Part shown: positions 22,268-31,709 of the stretch, piece after piece | Layout: each line of letters begins with the position of its first letter | How positions within the stretch are numbered: position 1 is the stretch's first letter | Assembly (NCBI RefSeq): GCF_902713615.1 | Contig: NC_052157.1 | Location: forward strand, 58,354,325-58,418,324 | DNA: 64,000 bases | Reading direction: 5' to 3' | From: Scyliorhinus canicula | Lineage: Eukaryota | Position numbers and translations under genes: made by a program | Notes under the pieces: generated by a model | Databases searched by the model: none | Told to the model about the DNA's origin: nothing | Seen by the model: the letters and a program-made list of their open reading frames with translations, nothing else

Positions 22268-23441
22268 GATGTTGGAAAATCTCACTGTAATAAATTGAGG
22301 CCCTAACAATTGCACACAAAAGACTCGATACGGTACAAGAGAGGCTTTATTACAGTGAGAAACTATTCCTTCGGCTGCAGCTGTAGAATGGCTTCTTAGG
22401 GAAACTTATGAATATTTATACTGCTCTCTGTGGGCGGAGCTAGCCGGCAGGGGCTTACCGGAAAACCTGTAATACAGGTACTGTCATACATCCCCTAATG
22501 CAAGCACAGATATATACAGTGGTAGAGATCACCACACACCTAAACCAGAGCGGAATCAACGTTATTGCAGGTGGGTTTGCTGGTGCTGTTGGGAAGAGTT
22601 TAAACTAGTTTGGCAGACTGAGAGCAGAATATGGACACAGTGTAACATAGAAAAGCCAACAGGTCATAGGGAATACAGCGGCAGTAAGTTTCAAGAGAGT
22701 ACAACAAGGCTGGAGTATTACAGGTAAAATAGATGAGATAAAGGTGATGATTGACACATATAATAGAGATCACAGAGACATGATTCAGTGAGGAGCAGGA
22801 TTGAATATCCGGGGAAATAGTATCTTCAGGCAAGAGAGAGGAGGGGATAGAAGAGGAGGAGGCTTTGCATTATTAGTCAAGGAGGCAGTTACTGCGGTAA
22901 GGAGGGATGATATCTTGAAGGGGGCATCAAATGAAACTTTGTGGGTAGAGCTAAGGAATAAAAAAGGGACAGCTATGTTGCTCGGCGTTTATTATAGACT
23001 TCCAGATAATCAGCATAAAATTGTGCGCAATTCACAGAGGGTTCTAAAAATAATAAGTGGGTAATTATATTAGGTGATTTCAACTTGCCCAAAATTAATT
23101 GGGATAGCCATCATATTAAGGTCTGAGGTGGAGTAGAGTTCTTAAAATGTATACTGGAGAACTTTTATTTCAATATGTAGAGGATTCAACAAGGGACGGT
23201 GTAGTGTTGGACCTAATTCTGGGGAATGAAGCCAGACAGGTGGTTGATGTGTTGGTGGGGGAGCATTTTAGTGATAGCGACCTTAATATGGTGCAATTTA
23301 AATTTCTTATGGACAAAGAAATGGACAAGTTGCAAAAAAAGGTTTTGGATTGGGGGAGAGCTGATTTTAACAAAGTAAGGCAGGATCTGGCCAAGGTAGA
23401 CTGGAAAGCGGTCCTTTTAGGGAAATCTGCAGATGAGCACT

Positions 23442-23474
<33 letters not shown>

Positions 23475-24578
23475 GATGAAATGGGTAGGGTACAGGCCCA
23501 ATAAGTTCCTTCAAGGGTAATGGGGAGGTGTAACAAGCCCAGGGAACCATGGGTGACCAGAGACATTCAGGATACGATGAGAAGGAAAAGAGAGGCTTTT
23601 AACAAGTACAAGGGAAGCAAATCAGCAGAGGCAATAGTGGAGTATAAAAAGTGCAAGATGGAGCTTAAAAAATCAATTAGGAGAGCAAAGAGGGGATATG
23701 AGAAAGCTCTAGCTGGTAAAAGTAGGACAAATCCCATGATATTCTACAAGTATCTAAATGGGAAGAGGATAACCATGGAAAGAGTGGGGCCCATTAAGGA
23801 TCAAGGGGGAAATCTGTGGGTGGAGCCAGAGGACGTTGGTGGGGTGTTGAACAAATATTTCATATCTGTCTTCATCCAAGAGAATGAGGAGGTAGGAATG
23901 GAACTCGAGGAGAGAGATTATGAGGTTCTTGAGCAAATTGTCAGAGGGAGTGCAAAAGTACTGGAGGTACTGGCGGGCTTAAAAGTGAACAAATATCGAG
24001 GTCCGGATGAATTGTGTCCCAGGCTGCTGTGGGAGGCGAGGGAGGAGATTGCCGGGGCTCTGACCCAGATTTTTAATTGCTCTCTGGCCACGGGGGAGGT
24101 GCCAGAGTACAGAAGAACAGTTAATGTGCTCCCACTATTTAAGAATGGTTGTCGGGACAAGCCAGGGAACATCAGACCAGTGAGTCTCACGTCAGTGGTT
24201 GAGAAACCACTGTAGAAGATTCTGAAGGAGAGGTTCTATCTCTAATTGGAGAGGGAAAGTTTTATCAGGAATATCAGCGTGGGCTTTGTCAGAGGAAGGT
24301 CATGCCTAACAAACTTGGTTGAATTTTTTGAGCATGTAACCAAGTGTGTCGATGAGGGTAGATGTAGTTTATATGGATTTCAGCAAAGCCTTTGACAAGG
24401 TCCCACATAGGAGACTTATTAAGAAGGCAAATGCACATGGGATACAGGATAACTTGATACGGTGGATTCATAATTGGCTTAGTGGTAGGAGATAGAGGAT
24501 GACGATTGATGGCTGCTTTAGTGTCTGGAGTAAGAAGTCTTACAACACCAAGTTAAAGTCCAACAGGTTTGTTTCAAA

Positions 24579-24613
24579 CACGAGCTTTCGGAGCACGGCT
24601 CCTTCTTCAGGTG
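24579..24613 (-). ncRNA. Minimal hammerhead ribozyme motif (mirror copy)
   Basis: Reverse complement of 24685-24719. Confidence 0.7.
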
Positions 24614-24684
24614 AATGGAAAGGCTTGTTCCTTTCAGGTTCCTTCAGGTGAATGGAAAGGCTTGTTGGAACAAGCCTTTCCATT

Positions 24685-24719
24685 CACCTGAAGAAGGAGC
24701 CGTGCTCCGAAAGCTCGTG
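24685..24719 (+). ncRNA. Minimal type I hammerhead ribozyme motif
   Basis: CAC CTGAAGA A GGAGC-CGT-GCTCC GAAA GC TC GTG: core boxes, stem II, palindromic mini stem III. Confidence 0.7.
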
Positions 24720-25512
24720 TTTGAAACAAACCTGTTGGACTTTAACCTGGTGTTGTAAGACTTCTTACTGTGCTCACCCCAGTCCAACGCCGGCATCTCC
24801 ACATCATGATTAGTGTCTGGAAGCCAGTGACCGTGGCGTACCACAGGGATCTGAGCTGGGCCCCCACCTTTGTCATTTATATAAATCAGTGAGAAGTCTT
24901 ACAACACCAGGATAAATTCCAATAGGTTTATTTGGAATCAATAGCTTTCGGAGAGCAGCTCCTCCATCAGGCGAGTTCAATTCACATCATTCGGGACTTG
25001 TGGGAGGAAACCGGAGCACCTGGAGAAAGTCCACACACAGACACAGGAGAACATGCAGACTCCATGCAGACCTTATCAATTGGGGCTTGACTACAAAAGC
25101 AGGGAGGTCATTATGAAGCTGATAGAACTTTGGTGAGGCCACAGCTGGCGTACTTTGTGCAATTCTGGTCACCACATTATAGGAAGGATGTGATTGCACT
25201 TTAAATGGTGCATAGAATATTCACCAGAATGTTGTCTGGATGCAACATTTAAGTTATAATGAGAAGTTGGATAGGAAACGCAGGAACGAACAGCCACGTC
25301 TGCTTGTTGCTTTTGATGGTTGCGCCACGTACATCATGCGCATGCGTGTGGGGAGATGGGGAGAAGCACCATTTTCTCTAGACAGAAAGGGTACACCATG
25401 TTAAAGGAATAAAGGAATAAAGGGATAACAACTGCCTCTGCAGTGCGGTGAGCCTCCAAAAATTGATTTATCACCGCTGAAATTTTAAAATTACTATCTT
25501 ATTTCCTTCTCT

Positions 25513-25720
25513 GGGGCAGCACGGCGGCCTAGTGGTTAGCACAACCGCCTCACGGAACTGAGGTCCCAGGTTCGATCCCGGCTCTGGGTCACTGTCCGTG
25601 TGGAGTTTGCACATTCTCTCCGTGTCTGCGTGGGTTTCGCCCCCACAATCCAAAAAATGTGCAGAGTAGGTGGATTGGCCACGCTATATTGCCCCTTAAT
25701 TGAAAAAAATAATTGGGTAA
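25513..25720 (+). mobile_element. HE1/V-SINE-like SINE
   Basis: GGGCAGCACGG head, A box TGGTTAGCAC, B box GGTTCGATCCC. Confidence 0.8.
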
Positions 25721-26319
25721 TCTAAATTTTAAAAAAATAAATTATCTCCTTCTCTGATTGGATGCCCCCATCCAATGGATGCCCGGGGCCAATGCACCGT
25801 CGCCCCCCCCCCCCCCCCCCCCCCCCCCTGCACTGTCTGGGAGGATGGTAGAGGCGGGTTGCCTCACATTCTTTAAAAAGTACCTGGATGAGTACTTGGC
25901 ACGTCATAACATTCAAGGCTATGGGCCAAGTGGTGGCAAATGGGATTAGATGGGCGGGTCAGGGCTTTCCATGCACCACTGCAGACTCGATGGGCCGAAG
26001 GCCCTTTTTCTGCTCTGTAGTAGTCTGTGATTCTGTGATGAAAGACCACCTTCTTGACCTTGCGACTCGCCCGAGGTGTGGTGATCCTCAGCTTCAATCA
26101 CAATCAGTCAGTTCTCCCCCTCAAAGAGAAAAGAAGCCTATCGTCAACAGGGACTATTACGTAGAAAAATTCATAAATGTTTAATGCAGGGTGGAAATCC
26201 ATCTCAGACATCTATGCCGATTGGGCAGGATCACAATGGTCCCAACCTCCCTATGGTTGGATTTACCTTCCCTACTTAATAACCAATTCCTATCTTTACC
26301 CAAAGAGTCAGGAGAATCC

Positions 26320-27406
26320 GGAATTCACTCCCACAAGGAGTGGGGGGAATGTGGAACTCACTCCCACAAGGAGTGGGGGGAATGTGGAACTCACTCCCAC
26401 AAGGAGTGGGGGGAATGTGGAACTCACTCCCACAAAGAGTGAGGGGGAAATTGGAATTCACTCCCACAAAGAGTGGGGTGAAACTGGAATTCACTCCCAC
26501 AGGGGGTGGGGGGTAATGTGGAATTCACTCCCACAAGAAGTGGGGGGAATGTGGAATTCACTCCCACAAGAAGTGGGGGGAATGTGGAATTCACTCCCAC
26601 AAGGAGTGGGGGGAATGTGGAATTCACTCCCACAAGGAGTGAGGGGAAACTGGAATTCTCTCCCACAAAGAGTGGGGGGAATGTGGAATTCACTCCCACA
26701 AGGAGTGGGGGGAATGTGGAATTCACTCCCACAAGGAGTGGGGGGAATGTGGAACTCACTCCCACAAGGAATGGGGGGATGTGGATTTCACTCTCACAAG
26801 GAGTGGGGGGAAACTGGAATTCACTCCCACAAGCAGTGGGGGGAAACGGGAATTCACTCCCACATGGAGTGGGGGGAATGTGGAATTCACTCCCACAAGG
26901 AGTGGGGGGAATGTGGAACTCACTCCCACAAGGAGTGGGGGGAAACTGGAATTCACTCCCACAAAGAGTGAGGGGAAACTGGAATTCACTCCCACAAGGA
27001 GTGGGGGGAAACTGAAATTCACTCTCACAAGGAGTGGAGTGGAATGTGGAATTCACTCGCACAAGGAGTTGGGGGGGGGGGGGGGAATGTGGAATTCACT
27101 CCCACAAGGAGTGGGGGGAATGTGGAACTCACACCCACAAGGAGTGGGTGGAATGTGGAACTCACTCCCACAAGGAGTGGGGGGAATGTGGAACTCACTC
27201 CCACAAGGAGTGGGGGGAATGTGGAACTCACTCCCACAAGGAGTGGGGGGAATGTGGAACTCACTCCCACAAGGAGTGGGGGGAATGTGGAATTCACTCC
27301 CACAAGGAGTGGGGGGGAATGTGGAACTCACTGCCACAAGGAGTGGGGGGAAACTGGAATTCACTCCCACAATGAATGGGGGGAATGTGGAATTCACTCC
27401 CACAAG
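26320..27406. repeat. 33-bp minisatellite (GGAATTCACTCCCACAAGGAGTGGGGGGAATGT), about 33 units
   Basis: Contiguous units with no spacers; internal CACTCC/GGAGTG hairpin. Confidence 0.95.
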
Positions 27407-27440
27407 TGATGGCTCGCTCACCACAACTGAGAAGTGTATT

Positions 27441-27795
27441 GGGGCAGCAGGGTAGCATGGTGGTTAGCATAAATGCTTCACAGCTCCAGGGTCCCAGGTT
27501 CGATTCCCGGCTGGGTCACTGTCTGTGTGGAGTCTGCACGTCCTCCCCCTGTGTGCGTGGGTTTCCTCCGGGTGCTCCGGTCTCCTCCCACAGTCCAAAG
27601 ATGTGCGGGTTAGGTGGATTGGCCATGCTAAATTGCCCGTAGTGTCCTAATAAAAGTAAGGTTAAGGGGGGGGGGTTGTTGGGTTACGGGTATAGGGTGG
27701 ATACGTGGGTTTGAGTAGGGTGATCATGGCTCGGCACAACATTGAGGGCTGAAGGGCCTGTTCTGTGCTGTACTGTTCTATGTCTATGTTCTATG
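27441..27795 (+). mobile_element. Full-length HE1/V-SINE-like SINE
   Basis: tRNA-like head with A/B boxes, conserved core, (TTCTATG)-type tail, TGTATTG at both flanks. Confidence 0.85.
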
Positions 27796-28223
27796 TATTG
27801 CGGAGGGCCTGGTATTCAACAGGACAAAGCACAATCCAACAGGCAGTGGTAGTGAGAAGTGACTGAGGAGGATTCTGGATGAAGTAAGCTTGCTCACCAC
27901 AACTGAGAAGGGATTGCGGAAGACCCAGTGTCAAATACATTTAGATTAGGAGAATGAGCAGGTTGCATATTACCTCAAAAATATGAATCTAAGTGGAGAA
28001 GAGGAACAACATGATCTGGTGAAACAAGTACACAAATCACTAAAATTAGTGATACAGCTGAACAAGGTGATTAAACAAACAAAACAAACACTCGCAATTA
28101 TTTCAAGAGTGAAATAATCAAAAGTAACAGCCAAGCCAGCGGAGACCACCTCCTTTGAATGAATAAAAGAAAATGTTGAAGAAGACTTCTGGAGAACCTG
28201 CCATGTCCTGAGCCAAGCATCAC

Positions 28224-28493
28224 CTTAAATGTGTCATTTAATCCTATTCTGAAATAATAAGGTCCTGCATCTTTCTGTGTGATATTGGTTATAGTCAGCG
28301 AGCAGTCACCATCTTTCAGGCTTCCAGACAGCCGGGCCCGATGGCGGAAACATGGCACGTCGTGATTGTGATCCTCGGAGTGAAAGGCTGCAGTTGACGT
28401 GTCTCCTTTCTTGTTATTACACCAGACTCCAACTTGAGATTGGTTTCGCGTATTTGATGGACTACTGCAATTACATGGAATCTGTACACACAT
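28224..28493 (-). pseudogene. Truncated V-set exon of a third Siglec-like paralog (C)
   Basis: CVQIPC...FRHRARLSGSLKDGDCSLTITNITQKDAGPYYFRIG; the N-terminus and acceptor are replaced by minisatellite and the final strand is missing. Confidence 0.85.
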
Positions 28494-29745
28494 CTGAGGG
28501 AGTGCTGGACTGTCAGAGTGTCAGTACTGAGGGAGTGCTATACTATCAGACGGTTAGTACTCAGGGTGTGCTGCACTGTCAGAGGGTCAGTACTGAGGGA
28601 GTGCTATACTGTCAGAGGGTTAGTACTCAGGGAGTGCTGCACTGTCAGAGTGTCAATACTGAGGGAGTGCTGCACTATCGGAGGGTCAGTACTGAGGGAG
28701 TGCTGCACTATCGGAGGGTCAGTACGGAGGGAGTGCTGCACTGCTAGCTGGTCAGTACTGAGGGAGTGCTGCACTGTGAGAGGGTCAGTACTGAGGGAGT
28801 GCTGTACTCTCAGAGGGTCAGTACTGAGGGAGTGCTGCACTGTCAGAGAGTCAGTACTGAGGGAGTACTGCACTGTCAGAGGGTCAGTACTGAGGGAGTG
28901 CTGCACTGTCAGAGTGTCAATACTGAGGGAGTGCTGCACTGTCAGAGGGTTAGCATTGAGGGAGTGCTGCACTTTCAGAGGGTCTGCATTGAGGTAGTGC
29001 TGCACTGTCAGAGGGTGAGTACTGAGGGAGTGCTGCACTGTCAGAGGGTCAGTAATGAGGGAGTGCTGCACTGTCAGAGTGTCAATACTGAGGGAGTGCT
29101 GCACTATCAGAGGGTCAGTACTGAGGGAGTGCTGCACTATCAGAGGGTTAGCATTGAGGGAGTGCTGCACTGTCAGAGGGTCAGCATTAAGGTGGTGCTG
29201 CACTGTCAGAGGGTCAGTACTGAGGGAGTGCTGCACTGTTAGCTGGTCAGTACTGTGGGAGTATTGCATTGTTGGAAGGTTAGTATTGAGAGAGTGCTGC
29301 CCAATTGCAGGTTCTGCACAGAGTGAGTGCTGGACTGTCGGAATGTCAAGACTTAATGACTGCTGCATTGTTGAAGTGTCAGTACTGAGGGAGCATTGCA
29401 CTGCCAGAGGGTCAGTATTGAAGGAGTATGTCACTCTCAGAGGGTCAATATTGAGGGAGTGCTGCACTGCCGGTCGGTCAGAACTAAGGGATTTCTACGC
29501 TCTGGATGGGTGAGTACTGAGGTAGTGCTGCACTGTCGGAGGGCAAGTACTGAGGGAGCACTGCACTCTCAGATGATCAGTGCTGCGAGGGTACTGCACT
29601 GTTGGTGAGTCAGTGCTGTGGGAGTGCTGCACTGTCGGAGGGCAAGTATTGAGGGAGCGCTGCACTGTCAGATGATCAGTGCTGCGAGAGTACTGCACTG
29701 TTGGTGAGTCAGTGCTGTGGGAGTGTTGAACTGTTGGAGGGTCCT
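28494..29745. repeat. 33-bp minisatellite (CAGTACTGAGGGAGTGCTGCACTGTCAGAGGGT), copy 1
   Basis: Same unit as 58540-61270, in the intron after the first C2 exon; degenerates to the right. Confidence 0.92.
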
Positions 29746-30241
29746 ATTGAGTCATAGACTCATGTGTCATCTTTGTTACAAGGGACTTTCAGATATTTCC
29801 ACTACCAAGTCTGTTAATAAACTCTACTCACTATTGTACCTTATATTAACCAGTACAATACAGTAAGAGGCTCTCCATAGAATTATCTATCTTCATTCTT
29901 TGTTGTCACGTGATCTTATTTAATTTCTGATGTATACCATTTATTTATATATTTACTCTTCGCACTTTATGTTATATTTCCCCCGAAGTCTCTGACACCT
30001 TAAGATATATGTACATTATTTACCTTATCCTCTTTCATAGTGGATGTTAAATCTGGGTCCCTTCCGCTCCCTCAGAAGGAGATAAATATTCCCAAGGCAC
30101 TTTGCAAGGAGAATTCACACTGGAAATATTTCTCACTGAGAAGGACAATTTTTGTCTTCAGCACATTGCTGTTTGAGGGTTCATGCTCTGCCCTCTCTAA
30201 ATTAATACAGCTCATATAGAATTCATTTTGTCCCTACTTAC

Positions 30242-30535
30242 ATTGCACAGTGAGTATGAGGGTCCGCTCCGATGAAACAGATGGATATCTCAGTCTACAG
30301 GTGAGAGTTTGTCCGTGGTGTCTGAGTGATGGGATCAGGGTCAGAACAGAAGTATAGGTCAGAGTGACGCCATGCTGAGTTACTGTATTTGAGACTGATC
30401 CAGGTACGTCAGTGGGAGTGTCCCAGGTTAAGGCAGGTGCTGTTCCGTTGCATGTTGTGTTGAAGGTGCAGCTTATGTCCACACGCTTTCCTGCAATAAT
30501 TTCAGCCAGGAATATCCTGGGTTTATCTGTGAAAT
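30242..30535 (-). CDS. Siglec-like gene B, C2-set Ig exon
   Basis: 294 bp, AG/GT, phase 1-1; DFTDKPRI...ISCTFNTTCNGTAPALTW...GQTLTCRL...LTVQ; extra Cys for the interdomain bond. Confidence 0.9.
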
Positions 30536-31280
30536 CTGACACACAGAGAATGGATATTTTTAGATAAATATAATGTGACGAGCAGTTCAAATAGAAATCA
30601 CAGTCCCACAAGTGAAAGCCCCTTTCCAAAGATGGTATGAGAACAGAAAGATTACAATGATCAATAAAGTATTTCCCATTTTCTATCATAGAGGAGTGTC
30701 TGTCCTCAGGTTCATGCCCTTTGACTCTAAGACCATTGAATTGAGATTCCTTCGTGAGAGGGGAGGAGTTCAGGCTGAACTGGCTCATTACTTTACAGAA
30801 ATCTGACAAATTAAAATTAAATCTGGACTAGAGCAAAATGGAAACTATCTGAACCATCACCTGCAACAGATGAGCAAATTATTGATCACATGGCTGTTTC
30901 TGGCATCACAGCAGAGACTTCATTTCAAGAATTATTTCACTGTGAATCGCTTTGGGATGTTCGGAGGGGGTGAAAGGCGCGCGAGAAACATGAGTCTTTA
31001 TTTTGTCGATATGTAAACTTTTAAACAAGATTCGAGAGATCGATGGGAGTGGATAACCTGATAACATTGGTGAGCACAATCAATCAATTTAATTATTGAT
31101 ATTAAAGAGAGTATTAAAGGTTGCTTTAGGACTGAAGTGGAAATATCACCAGGTTATTGATAATCAGACACTGTGTTATAATAAGCTGTTTTTTGTGTTA
31201 ATGTGTAAATGTCACAGTTTGTGATCTTTCCCATTGAGTATTAGATGTGAATTGTTGAGTAATTATAATACAGCACTTAC

Positions 31281-31649
31281 CAGAAACATGAAGCCGTGTT
31301 GCAGGATAATAGCTATAGCCGAGACCGCTGTCAAATTCTATCCTGAAAAAATAAGGTCCCGTATCTTCCCGCCTGATGTTGTTTATTATCAGGGAACAGT
31401 CTCCGTCTTTCAGGTCTCCAGACAGCCGGGTCCGATGACGGAATTTTGGTGACTCATGATTGTGATCCTTGGAGTGGAAGGCTAGGGGAGCCCAGGGAAT
31501 CTCTTCCTCAGTATTAAACCAGAGTGCACCTCGCGGTTGAGTTGCTAAATGTGACGGATAGCTGTAATGACATGGAATCTTCACACATGAACCTTCCTGC
31601 GCTGTCACCTCTCGTGGAGTGTCACCTTTCCACTCTTGTGACAGTCCAA
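31281..31649 (-). CDS. Siglec-like gene B, sialic-acid-binding V-set exon
   Basis: 369 bp, AG/GT, phase 1-1; GSCVKIPC, GDCSL, YFFRIE (essential Arg, no F-strand Cys), the Siglec V-set signature. Confidence 0.92.
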
Positions 31650-31709
31650 CTGGGGAGAGAAATATCAATATTTAACACTGGATGGTTTGTAGATCCACTA
31701 GACTCGATA

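Larger units (their letters stand above)
17954..22536 (-). mobile_element. Full-length Gypsy LTR retrotransposon, inactivated
   Basis: LTRs 17954-18196 and 22296-22536 (about 7 substitutions and 1 indel by eye); PPT at 18197-18210; 5-bp TSD CACCT; gag-PR-RT-RH-IN with a stop and frameshifts. Confidence 0.95.
24530..24809. mobile_element. Palindromic Penelope-like terminal-repeat insertion
   Basis: About 100-bp inverted arms 24530-24630 and 24668-24769 matching the 3' end of the PLE at 56535-56660; 12-bp TSD TTAGTGTCTGGA (24518-24529 and 24810-24821). Confidence 0.85.
17200..24880 (+). mobile_element. CR1 LINE (ORF1 esterase remnant plus degenerate ORF2) hosting three nested insertions
   Basis: SGNH-type VHVGTNDIG, then DGLHL|NQSG split by the Gypsy; endonuclease and RT pieces 22800-24880. 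Confidence 0.85.

Noticed and set aside
25513-25600. tRNA genes at A/B-box sequences (also 27441, 37113)
   Set aside because: They continue into SINE cores and tails and do not form a full cloverleaf.
26320-27406. CRISPR array (33-bp partly palindromic repeats)
   Set aside because: Units are contiguous with no unique spacers, there are no cas genes, and the context is eukaryotic.
26177-27455. Prion-like or glycine-rich repeat protein ORFs
   Set aside because: Artefact of the 33-bp array; no unique domain.
28222-28224. AAG|GTGATG as a functional donor letting the V fragment be spliced
   Set aside because: The fragment has no acceptor or N-terminal strands, and the phase (0) does not fit the other exons.
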